Shown piece by piece: positions 8,553-17,926 of a stretch of DNA of 64,000 nt. The position numbers were made by a program, and so were the translations under genes. The stretch is from a bacterium (GTDB lineage Bacteria; RBG-13-61-14; DATKZS01). The notes beneath the pieces were generated by a model. The model saw nothing but the letters and a program-made list of their open reading frames with translations, made no database searches and was not told the DNA's origin. The stretch spans positions 96,001-160,000 of the forward strand of contig CAXXFL010000004.1 in NCBI GenBank assembly GCA_963674965.2, in the 5' to 3' direction. Every line of letters starts with the position of its first letter. Position 1 is the first letter of the stretch.

Positions 8553-10235
8553 TTGATGACGTCTGACCAAACAGACGTATTGGTAATTGGCGCGGGAGGC
8601 GCCGGGATCTTCGCCGCGGCTAACGCCTCGAAGATGGGAGCCAAGGTAATCGTCATTTCCAAGGAACCCTCCGGCTATGGAGACACCCGCATATCTCTTG
8701 GCGCCATGTGCCGATCGGCGGAAGGCTTTTTCGATTCAAGTGAGAAGTTCTCCCGGGACATGATCAAGGGAGGAGAGTTCTTGAACGACCCCAAGCTCGT
8801 TGGCGATCTGGTCGACGAAGCCACTGACGCGGTGATCGCCCTGGAGGATTGCGGGCATGTTTTCGAGAGAAATAGTTCGGGAGTCCTTAAAAGTCCGCTG
8901 GGAAAATTTGGTGGACATAGTCACAACCGCACGGTCATGAGTCCTGCCTTTGGCGTGTCCATGGGCCATGCAATCCGCGGCGGTCTCGCCCGGTCCGGGG
9001 TTACGGTTTGGGAAGAAACCGTCTGCGCCGAGTTGATTTTGAACGAGGGAGAAGTCGCGGGCGCCGTGGTTCTATGCATGAAGACAGGCCGGGTAAAGTC
9101 TATCCAGGCGAAGTCCGTCATTATAGCAACGGGCGGAGCTGGCTCGCTTTATTATCCGCATACCGACTGCATGCCTTACGTCACGGGAGACGGTTACTCT
9201 CTTGCGCTCGCGGCCGGCGCCGAACTGGTGGACATGGAGCAGGTTCAGTTCATTCCATTTGCCCTGACTCATCCTCAGTCCATGATGGGCGTAATAGTGG
9301 GAGATGGCTCCATGGCTCAACCTTTTGGCAAGTTGCTTAACGGCAGGGGAGAAGTCATCTTAAAAAACTTTCACAACATGACCAGGGCCAAGCTGGCAAT
9401 GATCATGATTAAGGAGATTAACAATGGAGGCGCCACCGAGCATGGCGGCCTGCTTTTCGACGTGAGCACTAACATGAAAATACCGATCCTGAAGACCGTT
9501 TATAAAAATATGATGCGCAGGAAAGCCGCCCATTTCCTGAGAAACGTGCGCAGGGCCTATGGCAGGGACGCGGCGGAATTCAAAGAGCCATGGGACGTTC
9601 TTCCTTCCGCGCATTACTTCATGGGGGGAGTAAAGACCGACGAGTTTTGCAAAAGCCGAGTAAAGGGACTGTATGCATGCGGCCAGGCCCAGGGCGGAGT
9701 AATGGGAGGCAACAGACTGGGATCGACTTCTCTCACCGAGATATTCGTTTTCGGCAAAAGAGCGGGAACCGCCGCCGCTGAAGACGCGAAAAGCCGCGGC
9801 TATCCTGACGGCGGCGCGGCCAAAAACGCTGTCAAAAGAGTGGAGGGACTCTTTGGACGCAAGGGAAAAACAAAGCCCGTTCATTTAAAGAAAAGGCTCC
9901 GGGAATTAATGTGGAAATACACAGGGCCTCTCCGGGATGGGGAGGGACTTGCCACCGCGCTTGATGGGCTTGCCGAAATTAAAAGGGACTCATCGGAATT
10001 AGCCATCTCATCGTTTCGGCGCTACAACACGGAGGTAGTTGACGCGATCGAGCTGTCACACATGATCATCGCTGCAGAGGCGATTATTATATCCGCGCTC
10101 GAGCGCAAGGAAACAAGAGGAGCGCATGTACGGTCTGATTATCCGGATACCGAGGACACGACTACTCCAAAAAACGTGGTCGTTCGACAAACTGAAGGGC
10201 GGCTGATCGCCACGTCGCAAGAGGCGCTCCCATGA
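8553..10235 (+). CDS. Sdh/Frd/TfrA-family FAD flavoprotein subunit with atypical active site
   Basis: VIGAGGAG, IIATGG, TGDG, HYFMGG, NRLGSTSL and RKETRGAHVRSDYP. Confidence 0.85.
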   Translation: MMTSDQTDVLVIGAGGAGIFAAANASKMGAKVIVISKEPSGYGDTRISLGAMCRSAEGFFDSSEKFSRDMIKGGEFLNDPKLVGDLVDEATDAVIALEDCGHVFERNSSGVLKSPLGKFGGHSHNRTVMSPAFGVSMGHAIRGGLARSGVTVWEETVCAELILNEGEVAGAVVLCMKTGRVKSIQAKSVIIATGGAGSLYYPHTDCMPYVTGDGYSLALAAGAELVDMEQVQFIPFALTHPQSMMGVIVGDGSMAQPFGKLLNGRGEVILKNFHNMTRAKLAMIMIKEINNGGATEHGGLLFDVSTNMKIPILKTVYKNMMRRKAAHFLRNVRRAYGRDAAEFKEPWDVLPSAHYFMGGVKTDEFCKSRVKGLYACGQAQGGVMGGNRLGSTSLTEIFVFGKRAGTAAAEDAKSRGYPDGGAAKNAVKRVEGLFGRKGKTKPVHLKKRLRELMWKYTGPLRDGEGLATALDGLAEIKRDSSELAISSFRRYNTEVVDAIELSHMIIAAEAIIISALERKETRGAHVRSDYPDTEDTTTPKNVVVRQTEGRLIATSQEALP

Positions 10236-10885
10236 AGGCCACAATCTCGATCCAGCGATACAACCCGGAAACCGATTCTGAACCCAGGTGGGTCGAGTAT
10301 CACGTCCCCATGCAATCCGGGTCGACCGTGATGGAGTGCCTGAATTACATTTATGAGAACGAGGATTCAACCCTGGCCTTTCAGCAGGGATGCCGATTTA
10401 ATTCATGCGGGTTATGCGCCCTGATGGTCAACAATAAACCCCAAATGGCGTGCGTGGCAAAGTTAAGGGACCAGATAAAAATTGCTCCTCTCAAAGGCAT
10501 GAGCGTGATTCGCGATCTGGTTGTCGACAGGACGGCCTATTTTAATATGCTTCGCGAACTCCAGCTTTACATCCCGGAACAGGAAAAGACATCGATCCCG
10601 GCGAAGATCATAGAGCCGCAAAACCGGGTGGAACTTCTCCAATGCGTCGAATGCCTCGCCTGCAACTCCACCTGTGAGCAATTTGTCAGCGACGGCGAGA
10701 TGTTCGCCGGTCCCTATGTTTTTGTCAAGCTCGCCCAACTGCATTTAGATCCAAGAAACGATATCGACCGTAAAAGCCAGGCCGTCAAGCTCGGTCTTGA
10801 CAAATGCGTTGATTGTGGCGAATGCCGTTGTATTAACGGAATCAATATTCAAAAACTTGCGATTGAGTTACTAAGGATAAATTAA
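10232..10885 (+). CDS. SdhB/FrdB-like iron-sulfur subunit
   Basis: CRFNSCGLC..C ([2Fe-2S]), VIRDLVVD, CVECLACNSTC and CVDCGECRC; ATGA overlap with the flavoprotein gene. Confidence 0.85.
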   Translation: MKATISIQRYNPETDSEPRWVEYHVPMQSGSTVMECLNYIYENEDSTLAFQQGCRFNSCGLCALMVNNKPQMACVAKLRDQIKIAPLKGMSVIRDLVVDRTAYFNMLRELQLYIPEQEKTSIPAKIIEPQNRVELLQCVECLACNSTCEQFVSDGEMFAGPYVFVKLAQLHLDPRNDIDRKSQAVKLGLDKCVDCGECRCINGINIQKLAIELLRIN

Positions 10886-10887
10886 CG

Positions 10888-11544
10888 ATGTCAGTTAACA
10901 AAACACAAAATGAGAAGTTGAGTCGTCCGAGCGCCGACAACTCGCGCGGGAAAATAATAGCCGCGGCGAGAAAGGTCTTTGCAAAGCACCCATACCACGT
11001 CGCCACAATGAGGATGGTCGGCAAGGCCGGCGGATTCGACCACCAGCTCATCGCTTATTACTTTCCTTCCAAGGCCGATCTGTTCGAGGCTGTTGTTTCC
11101 GAGACTTGCGATGATTTTTACAACGCGAGCCAGAGTTGGTTCGAGGGTTTGGACCGGATCGGAATTGAACAAGGCTTCAGACTGTTTGTCGAACGCCTGC
11201 TTGAATATTTCTCCAAGGCCCCCGAGCCTTTTCGGATGACGGCTCTCAACGCTCCCATGATCGAAAGGCTCGATGAACTCCCAGGCTACCAGCATACGGT
11301 CGAGATGCGGTCCAAGGTCCGGGACACGTTTAAGAAGAACCTTCCTCCCAGCGTCGATCAAGTTATGCTCGAACGCTTCACCATGACCTTCGACACCGCG
11401 ATACATAGTTACCTGGGCGCCGCTCACAGCCAGGCCGAAATACTTGGCATGGACCCCGCTGGCGAGGAATACATCACCTGGGTCAAGGAAACGCTGATCT
11501 GCGTCTTCCTTCCCCTGTTAAGAAAACTGATATCCCCGGAATAG
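10888..11544 (+). CDS. TetR/AcrR family transcriptional regulator
   Basis: RGKIIAAARKVFAKHPYHVATMRMVGKAGG...YYFPSKADLF helix-turn-helix. Confidence 0.9.
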   Translation: MSVNKTQNEKLSRPSADNSRGKIIAAARKVFAKHPYHVATMRMVGKAGGFDHQLIAYYFPSKADLFEAVVSETCDDFYNASQSWFEGLDRIGIEQGFRLFVERLLEYFSKAPEPFRMTALNAPMIERLDELPGYQHTVEMRSKVRDTFKKNLPPSVDQVMLERFTMTFDTAIHSYLGAAHSQAEILGMDPAGEEYITWVKETLICVFLPLLRKLISPE

Positions 11545-11637
11545 GCGGCGCCGGTCAGTCACCCAATGTTTTTGAACGAATTTGAGCATTAATTTGTCAA
11601 TGGAGGAAATCATGTCGTAAAAGAAACGGATTCAGCG

Positions 11638-12855
11638 ATGAAGGATTTTAACGGAAAGGTCGTGGTTATCACGGGCGCGGGCTCGGGTATTGGCAGAGCT
11701 ACTGCGATTGCTTTTGCCAGAGAGGGCGCTAAGTTGCATATTGCGGACATTGTGGAGGAGGGGATTAATTCCGCGGTTGAAGAGATCAAACAGATGGGCG
11801 GCAAGGCATATCCTTATGTGGTTGACGTAAGTGATCGCGAGGCCATGGAGAAATTCGCCAACAACGTATTTGAAGCCGCGGGCCGGGTCGACGTCCTTCA
11901 TAATAATGCGGGCATCGGCTTGAGTTGCGCGGTCCACGAGGTTTCGCTCGAGGACTGGGAGCGTATCATCAACGTAAATTTGTGGGGACCGATTTACGGT
12001 ATGCACTTCTTCGTGCCTCGCATGATCGAGCAGGGAGGAGGTCACGTGATCAACACCTCGTCCGCGGCCGGGTTGACCGCGGTTCCTACTTTATCAGCCT
12101 ATGTAACCACCAAGTTCGCGCTGGTCGGTCTGTCCGAGGCCATGAGCATAGAACTCCAGCGACACGGCATACACACCACCGCGCTAGGCCCAGGCATCAT
12201 CAACACTCCCTTGATCGAGTCCACGCCGACTAACATCGTCGACCGGGACGGCAAGTCCCTTAAGGACAGCGCCGTAAAATTCTACGCGGAAAAAGGAGCG
12301 GGGCCTGAAGTCGTGGCCAAAGACGTTCTCAAGGCCGTGCGGGAAAAAAGCCCGGTCAAGCCCTCCCCACCTTTCCACGTATACCCGCTCTGGCTCATCA
12401 AGCGGTTCATGGGGCAGAAGGTAAAGGTTGACGCTGCCCCAGAGGTCAAGGTATACGCGGCCGGACATGAACCGTCCGCGCATATCGAGATCGCCAAGTC
12501 GCTCCAGGTCGTGGTCGAGGAGAACCCGACCCACATGTACGGCGGCTTCTCCCGCTACATCAACGAGACGCTCGCGGGCGCGGGAGAGATCGGCTTGAAG
12601 ATCAGCTCCATGCTGGGCTTCCCGGAGGACCAGGTCAAGCGGTACACAATATATGCCGCCAAATTCGAGCCCGCCTGTTACGATAACCTTCTGGGCCTGG
12701 CCAAGATGTACATCTCCTTTGGCAGGATGGAGGAAGCCAAGGAGACGCTCGAACAGATCATAAACGGCGACCCCGCGGTCCTTAAATACATTGAGTCCGA
12801 AAACCGCCTGAATCAGAAAGAGGCGCGGAAAATTTATGACGAAAATTTTAAATAG
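11638..12855 (+). CDS. Short-chain dehydrogenase/reductase fused to an unrelated C-terminal TPR-like helical segment
   Basis: TGAGSGIG, NNAG and YVTTK; the SDR ends near WLIKRF (about 12408), followed by about 150 aa of TPR-like sequence. Confidence 0.8.
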   Translation: MKDFNGKVVVITGAGSGIGRATAIAFAREGAKLHIADIVEEGINSAVEEIKQMGGKAYPYVVDVSDREAMEKFANNVFEAAGRVDVLHNNAGIGLSCAVHEVSLEDWERIINVNLWGPIYGMHFFVPRMIEQGGGHVINTSSAAGLTAVPTLSAYVTTKFALVGLSEAMSIELQRHGIHTTALGPGIINTPLIESTPTNIVDRDGKSLKDSAVKFYAEKGAGPEVVAKDVLKAVREKSPVKPSPPFHVYPLWLIKRFMGQKVKVDAAPEVKVYAAGHEPSAHIEIAKSLQVVVEENPTHMYGGFSRYINETLAGAGEIGLKISSMLGFPEDQVKRYTIYAAKFEPACYDNLLGLAKMYISFGRMEEAKETLEQIINGDPAVLKYIESENRLNQKEARKIYDENFK

Positions 12856-12866
12856 GGGCGAAAAAC

Positions 12867-14087
12867 ATGCAAGCACTCAGATTTAACGTCACTATTCCGC
12901 AGGCCTTGGCTCTTAAAGCCCTCCAACCGTTTTTAAAAGGCATCTTTTATCGCTCCCCGTTTCAGACTATTAAATTAACCGACGTTCCCGAACCAACCCT
13001 CCCGACACCGGAGTGGGTGAAAGTCAAAACCAAACTCTGCGGATTCTGTGGGAGCGATTCAAACCTGATCCATTTGGCCGACAATCCAACCTCCGAGCCT
13101 TTTACGTCATTGCCGGTAACGCTTGGACATGAAGTTATGGGTGAAGTTGTCGAAGTCGGTGAAAATGCGGATGGCGTTTCCGTTGGAGACCGGGTCACTA
13201 TCTCCCCAATCCTAAATTGCACGGCACGGGAGATTGATCCGGTCTGTCCCGCGTGTGAAACAGGGCGGATCAGTAGTTGCGAGAATTTTGCGCGAGGATC
13301 TCTTTCCCCCGGAATATTCAATTTTTTGTGCACGGACGTCGGCGGTGGGTTTGCGCCTTATTGCGTGGCCCATAAAAGCCAGATTTTCAAGCTCCCCGAC
13401 AAGGTATCCGACGCTGAAGGCGCCCTGATCGAACCACTGGCCGTAGCTCTGCAGGCAGTCATCGATATTCTGCCTGAAAACAACGACGACGTTCTGGTGA
13501 TCGGAAACGGCGTTATTGGAAACCTTATCGTTCAATGCATACGGGCGCTGAACATCGATTGCCGTATTACAGTGGTTGATCCTTCCCCCCTTGCGGGCTC
13601 AAGGGCACGTGAGGCAGGGGCAGACCATTTAATCCAGGATGGAGATCTATTTGGGCAGACTGTAAATATCACCGGCGCCAGGCGTTATAAACCGCCAGTT
13701 TACGACGACATCTTAATGGGCGGCTATAACAGGGTATTCGACAACGTTGGCACGCGGAAAACAGTAAATACGGGAATGAGGTGCCTGGCTGTAGGCGGTA
13801 AGATAAACGTACTTGCTTTTAAGGACATTAAAATTGATTTCAGCCCGATGTTTTTGAAATCACTGGCCATGCAGGCCTCGCTCGCTTATAAGATCAATAA
13901 AATAAATGACGAAACAGAGCATGTGTTTTCCACCGCCATCCAACTTGCCGCCGAAAAGAAGATCGAGCTCGCATCATTGCTGACCCATCAATTCCCGATT
14001 GATGAATACCAGCGGATGATTGAAGTCAACCTTAATAAAGGCAAGCATCAAGCTTTCAAAACAGCTTTGGTCTTTCCGGTCGATTAA
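12867..14087 (+). CDS. Zn-dependent medium-chain alcohol dehydrogenase
   Basis: CGFCGSD, GHEVMG, structural-Zn cysteines and GNGVIG. Confidence 0.9.
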   Translation: MQALRFNVTIPQALALKALQPFLKGIFYRSPFQTIKLTDVPEPTLPTPEWVKVKTKLCGFCGSDSNLIHLADNPTSEPFTSLPVTLGHEVMGEVVEVGENADGVSVGDRVTISPILNCTAREIDPVCPACETGRISSCENFARGSLSPGIFNFLCTDVGGGFAPYCVAHKSQIFKLPDKVSDAEGALIEPLAVALQAVIDILPENNDDVLVIGNGVIGNLIVQCIRALNIDCRITVVDPSPLAGSRAREAGADHLIQDGDLFGQTVNITGARRYKPPVYDDILMGGYNRVFDNVGTRKTVNTGMRCLAVGGKINVLAFKDIKIDFSPMFLKSLAMQASLAYKINKINDETEHVFSTAIQLAAEKKIELASLLTHQFPIDEYQRMIEVNLNKGKHQAFKTALVFPVD

Positions 14088-14128
14088 CAGACATGGTAAA
14101 ATTTATCATCAAATAAAAGGGGACAATA

Positions 14129-15790
14129 ATGACGAAAATAGACGGTGGAAAACTGGTGGCGAACGCCTTGAAAAGAGAGGGCGTTGAATTCATTTTCACC
14201 CTGTCCGGCGGACATATTAACGCCATTTTCAAAGCCTGCGCCGAAATTGGAATTAAGGTAGTCGATACCCGCCATGAACAGGCAGCCGCGCACATGGCGG
14301 AAGCCTGGGGAAAACTCACCGGCAAACCCGGCGTATGCATCGTCACCGCCGGCCCGGGACTGACAAATACCATGACGGGAATAGCAAACGCAAAAATGGC
14401 TAATTCCCCCATGATTGTGATTTCCGGAAGAAGCGGCGTATCCGATGCTGATACTCTGACACTACAGGAAATGGAACAAATGGATTTTGTCAGGCCCATG
14501 GTTAAATGGGGCAGGACAGTTTATGAGACCCATAGGATCGAGGAATACGTGGCCATGGCGTTCAGACATGCCATGAGTGGCAGACCGGGTCCGGTTTTTC
14601 TTGAGATCCCGGTGGATATTTTGGCGCAGAAGATTGATGAAGATGAAGTAGTCAAGGTTAGTGATCATCGTCCGCTGTACAGGCCGGGAGGGTCGTCCGA
14701 AGCGCTCGATGAAGCAATTGAAATGCTCCTCGCCGCTAAAAAGCCGGCAATCATAGCCGGGAGCGGCGCATGCTACGCCGATGCGAGAGACGAACTGGTT
14801 AAGTTCACCGAGTTAACGGGCATTCCCGTATTGACAAGCCAATTGGGGAGGGGGGTGCTGCCTGATGACCACCCAAACTGTTTGGCCCGTCCCATTTCCG
14901 GCGCAATGGCCGTCCTGATAGATTGCGACCTGGTAATGATTCTTGGCGCGCGATTGAGTTTACTTTTATTGCAAGGGAAACCTCCGGTAATTGCTTATGG
15001 CGCCAAAGTCATTCAGGTTGACATTGAGGGATCGGAAATTGGGCGGAATCGAAACGTAGACGTGGGCATTGTAGGAGACGTCAAGGAAGTCCTGAAGGGG
15101 TTGCTTGTGCTTGCCCAAAACAAAAACTGGTCCCACGATGATTGGAAGAACACGATAAAGGAAAAATGCCTTACCATCGAGACCGGCATTATTGGTCCGT
15201 TAAAAAAACAGACGGATCCTATCCATCCGGCTTACCTTATGTCCGAAATTAACTCGTTTCTGGACCGGGACGCGATTCTGGTGGGCGATGGCGGCGACAC
15301 GCAGGTTTGGGCGGGTATGGTCAGGGACGTCTGTGAACCGGCGCATTACCTTGAAACGGGATTATTTGGATGCCTGGGCGTGGGGATTCCTTTTGCCCTG
15401 TCCGCGAAATTAAAATATCCAGATAAACAAGTGCTGCTCATATCGGGAGACGGGTCCACGGGCTTTAACATGATGGAGTTTGACACGGCGGTCCGTTTCA
15501 ACCTTCCTATTGTAATGGTCATAAACAACGACTGCTCCTGGGGGATGATCAGACATCTCCAAAACGTGAGCATGGAAGAAGAACTGAGGTGCGGGTGCGA
15601 ACTCGGTGAAGTCCATTACGACAAGGTGGTGGAGAGTCTTGGAGGATACGGAGAAACCGTGTGCCGGGCTGAAGACATCAAGCCTGCTCTTTTACGAGCC
15701 TTTGAGTCAAAACTACCGGCTTGTATCAATGTCTATACCGACAGAGAAGCTATTTCTCCGTTCACGATGATGCTTTATGACCTTGGGTAA
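14129..15790 (+). CDS. ThDP-dependent enzyme (IlvB-like / 2-hydroxyacyl-CoA lyase-like)
   Basis: TLSGGHI, DTRHEQAA, VTAGPG, FGCLGVG and GDGS...NND ThDP-binding motif. Confidence 0.85.
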   Translation: MTKIDGGKLVANALKREGVEFIFTLSGGHINAIFKACAEIGIKVVDTRHEQAAAHMAEAWGKLTGKPGVCIVTAGPGLTNTMTGIANAKMANSPMIVISGRSGVSDADTLTLQEMEQMDFVRPMVKWGRTVYETHRIEEYVAMAFRHAMSGRPGPVFLEIPVDILAQKIDEDEVVKVSDHRPLYRPGGSSEALDEAIEMLLAAKKPAIIAGSGACYADARDELVKFTELTGIPVLTSQLGRGVLPDDHPNCLARPISGAMAVLIDCDLVMILGARLSLLLLQGKPPVIAYGAKVIQVDIEGSEIGRNRNVDVGIVGDVKEVLKGLLVLAQNKNWSHDDWKNTIKEKCLTIETGIIGPLKKQTDPIHPAYLMSEINSFLDRDAILVGDGGDTQVWAGMVRDVCEPAHYLETGLFGCLGVGIPFALSAKLKYPDKQVLLISGDGSTGFNMMEFDTAVRFNLPIVMVINNDCSWGMIRHLQNVSMEEELRCGCELGEVHYDKVVESLGGYGETVCRAEDIKPALLRAFESKLPACINVYTDREAISPFTMMLYDLG

Positions 15791-15816
15791 ACGACACAAA
15801 CTGAAGGAGCGAAAAC

Positions 15817-16098
15817 ATGGAAGCGATTATCAATCTAATATTCATCAGCCTGGGCCTTGTTATATGGCAGGCCGGTTTACTGGCTACCGTCGTGGGAGTT
15901 CTGCTGATAAAAGCGACCACGGAAAGCGTACTCAAACTGGCCGGCATGACCTCTCTCGCCATAGATATGAAATACATCAGAAAAATTAAAAGTATTGTAG
16001 AGCCTGTCGACAGGTCCACAAATTTGGGCACTGTTATGTTGGCCGGGGGAGCCTGCCTTATGCTGATAGGCACCGCCATAATAAAAGGGTTTATTTAA
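15817..16098 (+). CDS. Small hypothetical membrane protein
   Basis: 93 aa with hydrophobic segments; AAGGAG RBS. Confidence 0.55.
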   Translation: MEAIINLIFISLGLVIWQAGLLATVVGVLLIKATTESVLKLAGMTSLAIDMKYIRKIKSIVEPVDRSTNLGTVMLAGGACLMLIGTAIIKGFI

Positions 16099-16119
16099 AC
16101 GTCGACTGGAGGTAAGAAA

Positions 16120-16203
16120 ATGGCAACCATGACCTCGCGCCAGCGTGTGGAGACAACGCTCAGACACCAAGAGCCTGACCGGGTTTGGCATGGGCGAGGT
16201 TAG
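16120..16203 (+). pseudogene. 5' stub of a uroporphyrinogen decarboxylase / MtaA-CmuA family gene
   Basis: GGAGG RBS then MATMTSRQRVETTLRHQEPDRV, matching the family N-terminus MTSRERV...EPDRVP; breaks at about 16184. Confidence 0.6.
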
Positions 16204-17431
16204 TCATCTTGGTGAATTCTTCCCATGCGTAATCCGGACGCTGCCGGGCATAAGCCATGATCAGAGGAAAGCGCAGGGAATACCACACGCCTCCGTTGGT
16301 GGCGGTACCGGGCTTTTCCAATCTCTCGATTGTAACTGGGGGCCAGCGCATGACCGCTCCGATTGGAGAGCGGGAGGAAAGTTCGTGATACAGGTTGTCG
16401 TCGAGAATGAGTTCCTCTTCCGCTGTCGGCACGCCGCCCAGGATGGCCCAGGGCTGAAGAGATAAGTAGATGCGATCGGCGCCGATCGCCTTTCCGTTTG
16501 GCAGTAGCGCCCGATTGTACCAGCGACCGTTCCACTGACCGCGCACGGCCTCACGGAATTTCTCGGCCTGAGCGTCGACCTCGTTCGCCCAATCGGCTTG
16601 TCCATGGGCTCTGATCAGGTCGGCGAAGCGGGGAAGGATGTAGGTGGCCATGGCGGTGTTGAGAACGCTTTGGGCCTCGGCCTCGGTTTGGGCCAGGGCC
16701 AGGTTTTTGTCGATCGATTTTTCCTCGGCGATGAACGAGTCGTTCCAATCCGAGTTCCTAAGCTTGATCAGTCCGTTCGTTCCTACACCCACGTCTTCGA
16801 TCTGGTGTCGCCAGGCTAACTTCATGTGATCCATAACCGTGCCGGTCTTGCCGTCCTCCCTGGGATAGAAAGGCAGGACCTTGTCGAGGAACCCGAAGTC
16901 GCGGGTGGCGGTAACGTACTCGGCAAGAGAGAGCATGAGGTAAAGGTTGGTGTCGGATGGAAAGCCTACCCCGAAGTATGGGTAGGGCAATGGAGCGGGC
17001 CAGACTCCTACAATGCGCCCAACTCCCAATCGCCCGGCTACACCTGGAGCTTCCTGCCCATCTTTGGAGGCATGATGGACTTCCCCGTCGCCTGCGGCCA
17101 CGCCCACGCAGCGCCATGGTTCTCGCTGCTCAAACTCATGGGCGTCCACCCCGACACCGAAGGTTTTCTGATCGATCCGAAAATTCCAGAGCAAAAGTTT
17201 TCTCTCCAAACCCCGCTCCTATACCTGAGCCGGGACGAGAACGGACTGGAGGGAGGGATCAATCCACGCGGAGAGTCCGTAATCCTCTGGCGGGTCCGCA
17301 CCGGTCAGATCCCAGTCAAAGTAACAGTCAATGACGTACCCACCGCGTGGGAACAAAAAGGCGATGAAACAACCTTCTTCACGCAAGTCATCGGTGGCGA
17401 GCCGTGCCATTGGCGGATAATTTATCAATAA
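16184..17431. pseudogene. Rearranged fragment of a GH94/GH36-like (alpha/alpha)6 glycoside phosphorylase or hydrolase gene with an inverted middle part
   Basis: Minus strand 16963..16184 reads FPSDTNLYL...SDWND...NGGVWY...TNLAHAK; plus strand from 16961 reads KAYPEVWVGQWSGPDSYN to a stop at 17431. Confidence 0.75.
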
Positions 17432-17926
17432 AGGTTTCCTGACGGTCGTCTGGAGATGCTTGGATCGTTTTCAGGTGAAAGCAATGGTAAGGATGTATGG
17501 TGGGGTTCGGAGACTTGCCCCCTCCCGATTTACTCAGACGCCATGCTTGCTAAAGCATAGAGATTTAAATCCAAGGTCTGTGAGGCCCGCTTTTTCCAGG
17601 CCAGGTCGTTGAATGATCTCTACCCTAATCTTCTCGGGCGATGTCCCATGTTCCCGCTGTTCGTCCCATCCGCCATGGAAGATGTGGTGTCATGAAGGCC
17701 CCACAACGGTTGGGATGTGGCGCCTTCCCGTCATTCCCAATTATCTCCTATAGCCAGGGATTCTCCCGTCAGTTTGAAGGAAGCGGGCGCCGTTACTATC
17801 GCTCAGAACCTAAAAAACCGGCGTAGTATTCAGGATGCCCAAGGAAACAATTGGCAGAGTGAACTGTCGGCAATATTACACCTCTAATAGCAATACTATA
17901 TTATATACCTTAAAGCTAAAACAGGA

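Noticed and set aside
11581-11601. TTTGAG...TTTGTCAA before the SDR as a fourth operator
   Set aside because: Only a half-site matches and the spacing differs
16160-17209. 349-aa ORF as an intact gene
   Set aside because: Both ends are antisense read-through across the inversion breakpoints
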